From contig SMXC01000249.1 in NCBI GenBank assembly GCA_004356825.1, positions 21,885-85,884 on the forward strand: a stretch of DNA of 64,000 nucleotides, read 5' to 3'. Below the pieces are notes generated by a model. The model made no database searches. It was not told where the DNA came from and was given only the letters and a program-made list of their open reading frames with translations. Source of the DNA: Caldithrix sp. Its GTDB lineage: Bacteria > Zhuqueibacterota > Zhuqueibacteria > Oceanimicrobiales > Oceanimicrobiaceae. Positions 8,727-19,939 of this stretch are shown piece by piece; within the stretch, counting starts at the first letter, position 1; every line of letters begins with the position of its first letter. A program made the position numbers and the translations under genes.

Positions 8727-9722
8727 TTATGGTATCTTTCGAAATTTAGTATTCGTCAGCACCACCTCGGCCACGATGAGGCCTAAGGCCATAAACAAAT
8801 AAGTTGAAAACAATTCTTTGAAACGCGCAAATTGTTTTATCTCGATTTTGGTTTTTTCCAGTTGATCGATTTCCTGAAAAATTTTATCCAGACTTTCTTT
8901 ATCGGTGGCTCGATAGTAACTGCCTTTGGTTATTTTAGCAATTTCTTTCAAAGTCTTTTCATCTATTTGAACGGGCATTTGCACATATCGTTTCCCAAAG
9001 ATCGGATCATCCACCGGATAAAGCGCTGTGCCTCGTTTACCGATGCCTACGGTGTAGATTCTGATGTCAAACGCTTGACCGACTTTAGCGGCTGTAATCG
9101 GATCAAGTTGCCCCTTATTATTTTGCCCATCCGTCAAGAGGATGATGATCTTGCTCTTTGCCTTGCTGTAACGGAGCCGGTTCGCGGCATTCGCAATTGC
9201 CATCCCAATCGCAGTCCCATCCTCGATCATGCCGCTTTCCACTTCATCAATAAAATTGAGTAGAATTCCATAATCCAAAGTCAGAGGGCACTGTGTGAAA
9301 CTTTTGGCGGCAAATACCACCATGCCGATTCGATCGTTTTTTCTTCCTTTAATAAAATCCTTAGCCACCTGTTTCGCTGCTTCTAACCGGTTATTCGGTC
9401 TAAAGTCCTCGGCCAACATGCTGCTGGAAATATCGAGAGCTAAGATAATATCAACCCCCTCGGTGATCACTTCTTCTTCTGTGTGACTGGACTGGGGTCT
9501 GGCAAAACAAAGAATTAAAAGAGAAAGAGCTAAAAGACGAAAAACAAAAGGAAGATGGCGGTATTTCCTTTTGCTCGAAAATTTTTCAACTGATTTCACC
9601 ACGCCCAGATTTGAATACCGTAAAGTACCGAAGCGTTTGTTATTTCTACGGAAATACCAAAATATTAGGATCGGTATTAAGACAAAAAGGAATAATAAAT
9701 TCGGATTAGCAAATGTAAACAT
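8727..9722 (-). CDS. batA: von Willebrand factor A domain membrane protein (BatA-like).
   Basis: 331 aa. N-terminal TM helices, vWA domain (ILALDISSSM... TDGQNN), C-terminal TM helix. Paralog of the gene at 7557..8591. Confidence 0.7.
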   Translation of the reverse strand: MFTFANPNLLFLFVLIPILIFWYFRRNNKRFGTLRYSNLGVVKSVEKFSSKRKYRHLPFVFRLLALSLLILCFARPQSSHTEEEVITEGVDIILALDISSSMLAEDFRPNNRLEAAKQVAKDFIKGRKNDRIGMVVFAAKSFTQCPLTLDYGILLNFIDEVESGMIEDGTAIGMAIANAANRLRYSKAKSKIIILLTDGQNNKGQLDPITAAKVGQAFDIRIYTVGIGKRGTALYPVDDPIFGKRYVQMPVQIDEKTLKEIAKITKGSYYRATDKESLDKIFQEIDQLEKTKIEIKQFARFKELFSTYLFMALGLIVAEVVLTNTKFRKIP

Positions 9723-9723
9723 G

Positions 9724-10746
9724 CTATCCCTGCTCCTCTACGGGTTCCGCCAAATGCTCTTCATGGTTTATGAGACTTTCAACTTTGGGGGGTCCCTCAG
9801 TTTTTTCCGGTTCTTCATAAATCAGTTTCGTGCATTCGACGATTTCAAAGGCTTTGTCAAGGTTCACCAAATTTTTCGCACTGGTTGGCGTGTACTTGGC
9901 AAACTTGACTAAATCGCAGGTACTGAGAAATTCCTGGAACATTGAAATTTCTTCAGCAGAAATTTCTGAGCGCTCCAAATTTTCTATCAACTCGAAAGTG
10001 GTCAATTCCATTGCAACAATGAAATAACGGCCTTCGACGTACCTGCGGATCACTTCGGAAATTCGAATGTAAAACTCTTTCACTTTGCCTTCCTGTAATA
10101 ATGATGATCCTTTTAGAGCAGTCAATTCTTGCAAAGCAATTTCATGTGGAGGGTGCGGCGGCTTAATTTTTTCCGGCAGCAATCCCTTGCCGGCCCGTTT
10201 TCTGCGCCAGATATAGAATAAAATGCCTGCAAAAAGGATTGCAGCAAAACCGATGCTTCCCCAGATAATCCACTTGCGGTAATCTTTCGGTAAAACCAAC
10301 GGAGCTTTAATATCGCGGATATCTCCCTCTTCGCTGGGTCTCATGCTTTCAACGAGAATCTTTAGTTTTTTTGTTTTCAGCTCGTGTTTTATGGAGTCGG
10401 GCGGGAATGAATAATAAAAGCTAAGCGGGGGAATTTCAAATTCCCCAACGTCAAAAGTAGAAATGATATAATCAAACTGTTCAACCGATTTACTATTCTC
10501 GATAAAAGGTTCATGAACTGTGTAATCTCTAATCTCAAAAGCTCCAAGATTGGCGCCCAATTCGGGCAGTTCAACCTGAACTCCGGCATCGTGGGTCACA
10601 ATAATCGAATAAGTTACAAGATCGCCAATTGTGATCGTGCTCTTGTCGACTTCGGAATGAATTTTAATTGAACCTTCTTGTGCAAACGAAAGCCTGGATA
10701 AAACAAATACGGCGAACGCCAAAAAAGCAATAAACTTAAGTCTCAT
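9724..10746 (-). CDS. Short BatD-family paralog: periplasmic beta-domain, one TM helix and the conserved cytoplasmic C-terminal module.
   Basis: 340 aa. Signal peptide (MRLKFIAFLAFAVFVLSRLSFA). TM helix IIWGSIGFAAILFAGILFYIW followed by RRKR. C-terminal ...AMELTTFELIENL...FQEFLSTCDLVKFAKYTPTS. This aligns with the BatD tail (LITDEV...YLDCLKTCDYKRFAPG) and with the 13820..14770 protein. Confidence 0.5.
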   Translation of the reverse strand: MRLKFIAFLAFAVFVLSRLSFAQEGSIKIHSEVDKSTITIGDLVTYSIIVTHDAGVQVELPELGANLGAFEIRDYTVHEPFIENSKSVEQFDYIISTFDVGEFEIPPLSFYYSFPPDSIKHELKTKKLKILVESMRPSEEGDIRDIKAPLVLPKDYRKWIIWGSIGFAAILFAGILFYIWRRKRAGKGLLPEKIKPPHPPHEIALQELTALKGSSLLQEGKVKEFYIRISEVIRRYVEGRYFIVAMELTTFELIENLERSEISAEEISMFQEFLSTCDLVKFAKYTPTSAKNLVNLDKAFEIVECTKLIYEEPEKTEGPPKVESLINHEEHLAEPVEEQG

Positions 10747-10889
10747 CTTTTAAGCTAATTAATTTCCTCTTGTCATTTCAATCTGCCTTAATTCATAACC
10801 GGATTTACCACAGAGTTTACCCTGATGCCCTTCGGCTGCACTCAGAGTAAACCTCTGCAGAAGCAGCCGAAAATGACATAAGAGGAGGT

Positions 10890-11822
10890 CTACTTCACTT
10901 TGTCATCGTAAATATTTACAGCCTCTGCCCGCATCATCCTTTGAACCAGGCGGTCATAGGCTTTTTTCTGCTCCTCACGTATAAGATCCTGCATCACTTG
11001 TCCCCTTACCTCATCAAATGGCTTTGTGCGAACCACTTTGCCATTGCCGTCTTTTTCGCCATATTGTTCTCTATTGGCTTTATAATAAAGCTCAACGTCT
11101 GATTCATTTATATTAACTTCTTTGGAAATTTCTTCTGCCAGAAGTTTGTCAACCATAAATCCTTTCTTCGCCCGGAAGGTTGCTTCAACGACTTCTTTAT
11201 CTTTCTCTAATCCCTTTCTCCTCGCGGTATTATAAAGTAATTCATTTGCGATAAATTTCTTAAGAAATTCTACCTTCTTATCTTTGCTATTTAATTGCGC
11301 TTGCAGATGAGGCCGCAAGAGAGAGATTTCATGGTCCAGATCGCCACTGGTGATCCGGCGCTTACCGATTTTGGCAATAACCTCTCCTGACCGGCTTGCT
11401 TGCGCTTGCGACGGATCCAGGAGGGTTGCTTCCTCCAGGACTTGCTGTGCGTCGGCGGAACGCTGAAGCCGTTCCAGGCACTCAACCATCTTTTTGTTCA
11501 CTTCATCCAATAATTCGCTTTCTGGGTAGAGGTGCTTAATCTTCAAAAAGTAGGTTAAGGCACCTTCATAATCATGAACACGTTCAAAATAAATATTTCC
11601 GATGGAGTAATTTATCTGCGCAGCCTCGGAATCATCGAGGGTATAATTGTCTAAATAAAAATTGTACTGAACCACTGCCTGTTGGTAAAGTTCGCGATTG
11701 TACAAAGCGCTGGCATACCCGCGAATTTTCGTTCCGTCGAACTTGGGTTGCGGGGCATTTTGGCACCCCACCGCTACAACCAAAACAAAAAGCAGCGACA
11801 AACTCAATTTTTTACAACTCAT
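10890..11822 (-). CDS. Periplasmic chaperone-like lipoprotein with TPR-like repeats and a SurA-N/PpiD-like domain; no PPIase domain.
   Basis: 310 aa. Lipoprotein signal MSCKKLSLSLLFVLVVAVGC. TPR-like helices (YNFYLDNY..., YSIGNIYFERVHDYEGALTYFLKI). A SurA N-terminal-like segment (GEVIAKIGKRRITSGDLDHEISLLRPHL...FLKKFIANELLYNTARRKGLE). Embedded in the MoxR/DUF58/vWA operon. Confidence 0.5.
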   Translation of the reverse strand: MSCKKLSLSLLFVLVVAVGCQNAPQPKFDGTKIRGYASALYNRELYQQAVVQYNFYLDNYTLDDSEAAQINYSIGNIYFERVHDYEGALTYFLKIKHLYPESELLDEVNKKMVECLERLQRSADAQQVLEEATLLDPSQAQASRSGEVIAKIGKRRITSGDLDHEISLLRPHLQAQLNSKDKKVEFLKKFIANELLYNTARRKGLEKDKEVVEATFRAKKGFMVDKLLAEEISKEVNINESDVELYYKANREQYGEKDGNGKVVRTKPFDEVRGQVMQDLIREEQKKAYDRLVQRMMRAEAVNIYDDKVK

Positions 11823-11846
11823 GATAAAACCCTCTTCCTCTCGAAA

Positions 11847-12725
11847 TTAACGGAACCGTTTGGCACGCATCCGGAAAAATTTGATCAGCGGCTCAATGTA
11901 CGAAACGTCGGTGTTAATATCAATGCTGTCCACATTCATGGAACGAAAATTTCTGTCCCGTTCCTCTCTTGAGATTGAAGTTTCCCGAGTAAATGCTTGC
12001 CTTGTTGTCAAATCAGCCGTGTCCAGCATAATTATTTCGCCGGTTTCGGCGTCCTCTAATTCAACCAGGCCGATATTGGGCAGCTCAATTTCCCGCGGGT
12101 CGGTAATGGTAATCGCCACTAAATCGTGGCGTTTATTGGCTATCTGCATAGCCTTCTGATAATCTTCCGAAATAAAATCTGATACAAGAAAAACTACTGA
12201 GCGCCGAGTGATGACTCTACTCAAATATTCGAGCGCAAGTGAAATATCGGTGCCTTTTCTTTTCGGTTCGTGGTACAAAAGTTCTCTGAGGACCCTGAGT
12301 ACATGAGTCTTGCCTTTTTTGGGAGGTACGAACTTTTCAATGCGATCGGTAAAAATAATCAGACCGACTTTATCATTATTCTTAATGGCCGAGAAGGCCA
12401 ACAAAGCACAAATTTCGATAGCAATTTCCCCCTTCATTCGCTCAAAAGTACCGAAGTCAACGGACGAACTGACATCTACCAAAAGCATAACTGTTAGCTC
12501 GCGCTCTTCCTCGAAGACTTTGACAAACGGATGTCCCATGCGTGCCGATACATTCCAGTCGATCAACCGAATGTCATCGCCAATTTGATATTCGCGCACT
12601 TCGGAAAATTCCATGCCCCGGCCTTTGAATACCGAATGATATTCTCCGGAGAAAACATCGTTCACCAAGCCACGAGTTTGAATTTCGATACGTTTGACTT
12701 TTTTGAGAATTTCTTTTGGGATCAT
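11847..12725 (-). CDS. DUF58 family protein (vWA-like partner of MoxR ATPases).
   Basis: 292 aa. Characteristic DUF58 N-terminus (GEYHSVFKGRGMEFSEVREYQIGDDIRLIDWNVSARMGHPFVKVFEEERELTVMLLVDVSSSVDFG). Located immediately downstream of moxR. Confidence 0.8.
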   Translation of the reverse strand: MIPKEILKKVKRIEIQTRGLVNDVFSGEYHSVFKGRGMEFSEVREYQIGDDIRLIDWNVSARMGHPFVKVFEEERELTVMLLVDVSSSVDFGTFERMKGEIAIEICALLAFSAIKNNDKVGLIIFTDRIEKFVPPKKGKTHVLRVLRELLYHEPKRKGTDISLALEYLSRVITRRSVVFLVSDFISEDYQKAMQIANKRHDLVAITITDPREIELPNIGLVELEDAETGEIIMLDTADLTTRQAFTRETSISREERDRNFRSMNVDSIDINTDVSYIEPLIKFFRMRAKRFR

Positions 12726-12730
12726 AAGGG

Positions 12731-13720
12731 TTACGGCACTTCAATCTTATTCAAAACCTTACGAACCACATCTTCCGGAGTGATTTCTTCCGCTTCCGCT
12801 TCGTAAGTCACCAGGATCCGGTGGCGCAAAACGTCCATGCCAATCGCACGGATATCTTCCGGTACAACGTAACCTCGCCGGCGTAAAAACGCGTGGGCTT
12901 TTGCGGCCTGGTGCAAAAAAATCGAGGCCCTGGGAGAAGCTCCAAAAGAAATCAAGTCTTGCAAATCATCAAGACCGTACTCCGCTGGGTTCCGAGTTGC
13001 AAAAACAATATCAATGATGTATTTTTCAACTTTTTCATCGATATAAATTTCTTTAACTAAATTTCGCGCAGAAATGATATCCTTCGGTCCAACAACGGCC
13101 TTTACTTCCGGGATTTTCTTGCCGGTCATTCGCCGCATAATTTCCAACTCTTCCTCTTTGTTTGGATAGCCGACCGACAGCTTCAACATAAAGCGGTCGA
13201 CCTGAGCTTCAGGGAGCGGGTAAGTTCCTTCCTGCTCAATCGGGTTCTGAGTCGCTAAAACCAAAAACGGATCATCGAGAGGAAATGTATTTTCGCCAAT
13301 GGTGACCTGGCGTTCCATCATCGCCTCCAAAAGCGCCGACTGAACTTTTGCCGGGGCGCGGTTGATTTCGTCCGCTAAAACCAGGTTCGAAAAAATCGGC
13401 CCCTTTTTTGTCGTAAATTTTCCGTTTTTTTGATCATAAATTAAAGTCCCAATTATATCGGCTGGCAAAAGATCTGGCGTGAATTGCAAGCGTTGAAATT
13501 TAGTCCGGATAGTGGAAGAAAGAGTTTTGACCGCCATCGTTTTGGCCAAACCGGGCACACCTTCCAACAAAATATGACCATTTGCGAGCAGCCCAATCAA
13601 GAGACGCTCAATCATGTATTTTTGGCCGACAATTACTTTTGCGACTTCTTTAGATATTTTATCGACGAACTCGCTTCCCTTTTCTATTTTTTTATTTATC
13701 GCTTCAATGTCAACAGCCAT
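12731..13720 (-). CDS. moxR: MoxR-family AAA+ ATPase.
   Basis: 329 aa. Walker A GVPGLAKT, Walker B LLADEINRAP. MoxR signature layout. First enzymatic gene of the Bat-like operon. Confidence 0.85.
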   Translation of the reverse strand: MAVDIEAINKKIEKGSEFVDKISKEVAKVIVGQKYMIERLLIGLLANGHILLEGVPGLAKTMAVKTLSSTIRTKFQRLQFTPDLLPADIIGTLIYDQKNGKFTTKKGPIFSNLVLADEINRAPAKVQSALLEAMMERQVTIGENTFPLDDPFLVLATQNPIEQEGTYPLPEAQVDRFMLKLSVGYPNKEEELEIMRRMTGKKIPEVKAVVGPKDIISARNLVKEIYIDEKVEKYIIDIVFATRNPAEYGLDDLQDLISFGASPRASIFLHQAAKAHAFLRRRGYVVPEDIRAIGMDVLRHRILVTYEAEAEEITPEDVVRKVLNKIEVP

Positions 13721-13819
13721 CTATCCTCCTCCAGTTTTTTTTGCAACGGACAAAGCATTCATTAATCTCTATTTTTTCAAATCCCGTTTCCAAATCAAAA
13801 AAACGGAAGCGAAAAAAAA

Positions 13820-14770
13820 TCAAGAGGGTTCTATGCGGTTACGCTCTTCGCGCCTTGAACTTTTATTTTTATTGAAAACATCTTCAACCAGAGTGTAGGC
13901 GCGTTCCAGGGTGGCTTTCTCCACCTGACCTCCGGAAAACTTTGCCACATCGCAGGAATTCAATATCTCATCTACTTCGTTAATTATCTTTTCAGGAACT
14001 GCCAGTTCAATCAATTTGCTTGCGATTTCTTTTGTGGTGATTTCCAGTGCCGGAATCTGGTATTTTTCAGACAAATAGCTTCGAAACACTTTTGAAAGAG
14101 AGGAAAACATTTCCACCACATTCTGATTTTTCAGATCGACCTTTTCTTTAAAGTCAGCAAGGTATCTCTCCTCAATCGGAATTAGCTCCTGGGCGTGTTT
14201 TTCCAACTCGGCTTCCCGTGTTTTTTTTCGCTTCAAAAATACAAAACCTAAGGTGACAACCAAAGCCAAAAAGAAAAGAGTGGAGGCAGCAAAAATAAAC
14301 GGTTTTAATGTTCGTTTTTTAATCGGCGTGACAACTCTGATTTCCAGACGATCCGTGACTAATCGATGTGTTTCGCCATATTTGGTATCTGTATATTCGA
14401 TAATTATACCGTCAATATAGGCCATCCCAAGCTCAATTGGCTGAAGCGTATACTCATAGGTGCGCACCGCCTGCATCACTCCCGCCACCTCACCAACCGA
14501 GTTCGAAGAAGAGTTGCCAATCTCTTCTAAATTGGTTAGAACAGGACTCTCAACCTTGTCGATCTCGTAACGGCTCAAATTACCTTGCCAACTCACTTTG
14601 ATTGTGCAAGTAACTGTTCTGTTTTGAGGAACTTCGTTTAGATCGACTTGGACTGCCGCGGTAATTGCCTCGGTCTGAGATAAGGAACTAACTGCGGAGG
14701 TAACCTGGTTTTGCGGTAAACAAAAATTTACTAAGAAAAATATGAAAACAACCGAAAATAAAAAATGCAT
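13820..14770 (-). CDS. Short BatD-family paralog (signal peptide, periplasmic domain, one TM helix, conserved cytoplasmic tail). First gene of the operon.
   Basis: 316 aa. Signal peptide MHFLFSVVFIFFLVNFC. TM helix FIFAASTLFFLALVVTLGFVFL followed by KRKK. C-terminal ...ALEITTKEIASKLIE...EVDEILNSCDVAKFSGGQ matches the CDxxKF module of the 9724..10746 protein and of BatD. Confidence 0.5.
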   Translation of the reverse strand: MHFLFSVVFIFFLVNFCLPQNQVTSAVSSLSQTEAITAAVQVDLNEVPQNRTVTCTIKVSWQGNLSRYEIDKVESPVLTNLEEIGNSSSNSVGEVAGVMQAVRTYEYTLQPIELGMAYIDGIIIEYTDTKYGETHRLVTDRLEIRVVTPIKKRTLKPFIFAASTLFFLALVVTLGFVFLKRKKTREAELEKHAQELIPIEERYLADFKEKVDLKNQNVVEMFSSLSKVFRSYLSEKYQIPALEITTKEIASKLIELAVPEKIINEVDEILNSCDVAKFSGGQVEKATLERAYTLVEDVFNKNKSSRREERNRIEPS

Positions 14771-14873
14771 TATCCCTCGAAATTTTCGAATAGATATACT
14801 TAAGTAGGCAGCAAAAGTTCCTGTGTGAGAGTGTTAAAAAAAGTTAAAACCCAGGGCCGTTTCGTTTAGATCC

Positions 14874-14901
14874 ATAATAAAAAATATCTCGACTCGCTCA
14901 A
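14874..14901 (-). promoter_or_regulatory. Candidate sigma70-type promoter for the Bat-like operon: TTGAGC-16 nt-TATTAT on the minus strand.
   Basis: -35 TTGAGC is the reverse complement of 14896-14901. -10 TATTAT is the reverse complement of 14874-14879. Spacer 16 nt. About 100 nt upstream of the 14770 start. Hexamer match only. Confidence 0.25.
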
Positions 14902-14974
14902 CAGGACAGTTTGCTTTCAGGGTGAGTAAATTACAACACTTGCGGTGCGGTTGTGCAACCAGATTTTTACCAAT

Positions 14975-15032
14975 TAAAAAAGCCGAATTAAATTAATACG
15001 AAAGAATCTCGACATTAATAAATTCGGCTTTC
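14975..15032 (-). terminator. Rho-independent terminator candidate downstream of the TPR lipoprotein gene.
   Basis: Minus strand: AAAGCCGAATT (11 bp) -31 nt loop- AATTCGGCTTT, followed by TTTTTAATTGG. A second short hairpin AAAGC-AGGCA-GCTTT lies right after the stop at 15040-15055. The long loop is atypical. Confidence 0.4.
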
Positions 15033-15055
15033 TTAAAGCTGCCTGCTTTTAAATA

Positions 15056-15574
15056 TCACTTAGTCGCTTCGTCGTTTGTTTTTTTGTTTCCGAATAAGTC
15101 ATCCAACTGATTATTAACATCCTGCCCTAAATGTTCGAGTTCCCATTTAACACTTTCAATAAGCTCATTTTGGGGATGCAGCTCGATAAATTCATTGTAG
15201 TACTGCTTAGCCAACTCGTAGTTTTCCAGGTTATTGGCATAGATAAAGCCTATCATAAACCGCGCCCGGCTCACAAACTCACTGTCCGGATAATCCTTAA
15301 TCAAGCGCTCATGATACTCGACTGCTTTTTTGAAATCATGAATATTATTATAATAAATAAAGGCTGCTCGTTCAATTGCTTCATCAGCATATTGGCCCTG
15401 GGGATAATCATCCAATTGCTCTTCATAAGTTTTTATTGCTTCATCGAAATTTTCCTGGGCCTCGTATTTTTGCGCCAGTTTCAAAAATTCTTCTTCGGTT
15501 CGTTTTTGACCGCAGGCGAGTATCGCCAAACCCAATAGAATGGTCGCGATGGGCATTGTTTTCGTCAAACTCAT
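15056..15574 (-). CDS. TPR-repeat lipoprotein (YbgF/BamD-like small periplasmic TPR protein).
   Basis: 172 aa. Lipobox LAILACG. SD GGAGAG lies 9 nt upstream of the ATG. Three TPR-like repeats (AIKTYEEQLDDYP, AIERAAFIYYNNIHDFKKAVEYHERLIKDYP, ARFMIGFIYANNLENYELAKQYYNEFIELHP). Confidence 0.5.
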   Translation of the reverse strand: MSLTKTMPIATILLGLAILACGQKRTEEEFLKLAQKYEAQENFDEAIKTYEEQLDDYPQGQYADEAIERAAFIYYNNIHDFKKAVEYHERLIKDYPDSEFVSRARFMIGFIYANNLENYELAKQYYNEFIELHPQNELIESVKWELEHLGQDVNNQLDDLFGNKKTNDEATK

Positions 15575-15737
15575 TTTTTTCTACTCTCCTCTAAATTGTT
15601 TTTTTCCGAGTAGGTTATATTAAAAAAAATTACTTCAAAATCAAGTAAATTTTACTAAAATCACGCTCGACTTTGATCCAAAAAAAGGCGAGAAATATTT
15701 ATTCCCCGCCTTTCTGGCAACTCAGTTGTTTTTCAGG

Positions 15738-17669
<1,932 letters not shown>

Positions 17670-17927
17670 TTAAGCTCTTAAGTTTTCAAAATTCTTTTTC
17701 TGAACCGAGTTCAAATGGACTCTGTTTGGCTCAAAATGAAATGTTAAAATGGCAGTTTCTAAATGATCTCCCTGCTTTTTTGCAAACACTATGCCATTAA
17801 ATAATATCCGAACACGAGCGCTGTTTTTATTGAACTTATAATAAATAGCTGGAATTATTAATGAATTGTTTTCAGCCAACAAAGATACAGACTCTGTCAA
17901 TGTGTCTCAATACTGGCGTGCAAATAT

Positions 17928-17952
17928 AAAGGGCGTCCTTGAAGCACCCTTT
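17928..17952 (-). terminator. Stem-loop between fmdB and the dnaK upstream region; weak or bidirectional terminator candidate.
   Basis: AAAGGG-13 nt-CCCTTT stem. The T-tract (TTTTTATT) is on the plus-strand side. Minus-strand side is followed only by TATATTTG. Confidence 0.25.
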
Positions 17953-17970
17953 TTATTCGATAAAAAGAAA

Positions 17971-18270
17971 TTACTTGTCCTCAGTTGATTTTTCAGTAGG
18001 CTTGGTTTCTTTTTTTTCCACTTTAGCAGGCTTTTCGGATTTTTCAGATTTCTCCGTCTTTTCAGATTTCGATTCAGAAACACGATTTGCGTTTTTATAA
18101 TCAGTGATATAAAACCCGGAGCCTTTAAAAATCAATCCGTTTCCTGCGCTGATCAACCGTTCAACCTGTCCTTTACATTCCGGACAAATTTTAACAGGAT
18201 CCGCGGTGATGCTTTGAAATTCCTCAAATTCATGACTGCATTTTTTACATCGATACTCATAAGTAGGCAT
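17971..18270 (-). CDS. FmdB-family zinc-ribbon protein with a Lys/Glu/Ser-rich C-terminal tail.
   Basis: 99 aa. MPTYEYRCKKCSHEFE...CPECKG (CxxC...CxxC zinc-ribbon, FmdB signature YEYRC). Tail SESKSEKTEKSEKSEKPAKVEKKETKPTEKSTEDK. Confidence 0.7.
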   Translation of the reverse strand: MPTYEYRCKKCSHEFEEFQSITADPVKICPECKGQVERLISAGNGLIFKGSGFYITDYKNANRVSESKSEKTEKSEKSEKPAKVEKKETKPTEKSTEDK

Positions 18271-18321
18271 ATTTCAGAATCCTTTATTTAGCTGAAATGT
18301 TCAGTTAATAAATTGACAAGA

Positions 18322-19842
18322 TTATGATTTCGGTACTTTCATTGCAATAAAATGATTGCTTGTCTGACGTTGAATTTGAAACAACACAATGTCTCCTGGT
18401 TGGAGGCTCTCGATGATCTTTTCGACATCGCTTGCCGAACGAACTCTGCGTCTATCAACTTCTTTGATTAAATCACCGCGACGTAAACCTTTTTCAGCTG
18501 CAACGCTGTTGCGACGAATTTTAGAAACCAATGCGCCGCCATCATTGTCATAGCCGTATCTTTCAGCAAGTTCTCGGGTCAGGTTCGCTACCTGAATACC
18601 AAGTTGATTCGTTACACTGCTTTCGGAAACCGGTTCACCCGCACCATTCACACTTGGTCTTTCAGCTAATCGGACAGTTTTAAGTGCAACTTTACCGTCC
18701 CGAATGATTTTTAATGTCACCTCATCACCAGGATTAAAAGAAGCTATTAAATTTGTCAGCATCTGGTGATCTTGAATCTTCTTTCCTTCAACTTCAATAA
18801 TGACATCATATTTTTTGAGTCCTGCTTTATGCGCAGGCGTACCTTGAACCAATTCAACAATTACCGCGCCTCCTCCAACAACCTTCAATTTTAAAGCTTC
18901 ACTCAACTCAGCATCAGGCGTTTCGACACCTACTCCTAGATAACCCCGCACGACCCTACCCTCTGAGATGAGGTCGTCCATAACTTCTTTGGCTAAACTG
19001 ATCGGGATCGCGAAGCCGATGCCTACATTGCCGCCGCCATTTCCTGCATAAATCGCCGTGTTTATTCCGATAAGCTCGCCACGAATATTTACTAAAGCGC
19101 CGCCGCTGTTTCCCGGGTTAATAGCAGCATCTGTTTGAATAAAATCCTGGTAAGTCAAATTGGCGCCTAAGCTTAAATTCGAGCGCCCCTTGGCGCTGAT
19201 AATTCCCGAAGTAACCGTGTGCTGTAAACTAAGATCAAAAGGACTCCCGATTGCCAGCACGAGTTCACCAACCTCCAATTTATCAGAATCGCCGAAACGA
19301 ATTGTAGGCAGATTCTGGGCATCAATATGAACTACTGCAATATCGGTTTCGGGATCTGAGCCTACCACCCTTGCCACATATTCTTTTTTGTCGATGATAA
19401 CATTTAGTTGATCTGCATCTTTGATGACATGGTAGTTTGTTAAAATATAACCGTCGGCTGAGATAATTATCCCGGAGCCGAGCCCGTTTTGGCGAAATTC
19501 CTTGTCACCCCGGCCGCGGCCGGGAAAGAATCTTTTAAAAAATTCATCCTTGCCAAAAAAGTTGGAAAATGGGTCCCGCACTTTGATAACTTTTTCACTT
19601 GTGATCGAAACAACCGTGGGAGTAACTCGTTTTGCGATCTCCACAAAAGCTCGACTTGTGGCTTCTAAATCCGATTTTATTGGGGGCATTGATTGAGGAG
19701 CCCCGGGTGTTAAAACGGACGCTTCACTATCTGCGAAACTATTCTGTGTCCAGCTAAAATTGGAGGCAATGACGAGGCCTACAAAAATTCCTATGCAGAT
19801 TGAAAACACAACAACTAATGATCTTTTATTATTTCGAATCAT
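18322..19842 (-). CDS. htrA: HtrA/DegP-family periplasmic serine endoprotease with two PDZ domains (copy 1).
   Basis: 506 aa. Signal/TM. Catalytic triad contexts TNYHVI (His), D (DIAVVHI), GNSGGALVN (Ser). Two PDZ domains. Confidence 0.9.
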   Translation of the reverse strand: MIRNNKRSLVVVFSICIGIFVGLVIASNFSWTQNSFADSEASVLTPGAPQSMPPIKSDLEATSRAFVEIAKRVTPTVVSITSEKVIKVRDPFSNFFGKDEFFKRFFPGRGRGDKEFRQNGLGSGIIISADGYILTNYHVIKDADQLNVIIDKKEYVARVVGSDPETDIAVVHIDAQNLPTIRFGDSDKLEVGELVLAIGSPFDLSLQHTVTSGIISAKGRSNLSLGANLTYQDFIQTDAAINPGNSGGALVNIRGELIGINTAIYAGNGGGNVGIGFAIPISLAKEVMDDLISEGRVVRGYLGVGVETPDAELSEALKLKVVGGGAVIVELVQGTPAHKAGLKKYDVIIEVEGKKIQDHQMLTNLIASFNPGDEVTLKIIRDGKVALKTVRLAERPSVNGAGEPVSESSVTNQLGIQVANLTRELAERYGYDNDGGALVSKIRRNSVAAEKGLRRGDLIKEVDRRRVRSASDVEKIIESLQPGDIVLFQIQRQTSNHFIAMKVPKS

Positions 19843-19910
19843 CTGTAACCTCCTTAATTCATTCTATTATCTACCAAAATTTTCAATTTATACAAACCGA
19901 TTTTCTCAAA

Positions 19911-19931
19911 AGAAGTTCCGACTCGAAACTT
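19911..19931 (-). terminator. Weak hairpin after dnaJ (GAAGTT-9 nt-AACTTC, then TTTTGAG).
   Basis: 6 bp stem, short U-tract. Possible partial terminator or attenuator between dnaJ and htrA copy 1. Confidence 0.25.
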
Positions 19932-19939
19932 CTATGCCG

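Noticed and set aside
17670-17900. 76 aa minus-strand ORF in the dnaK upstream region.
   Set aside because: No recognisable motif, hydrophobic signal or RBS. The region is more likely the dnaK 5' leader and promoter. Kept only as untranslated regulatory space.
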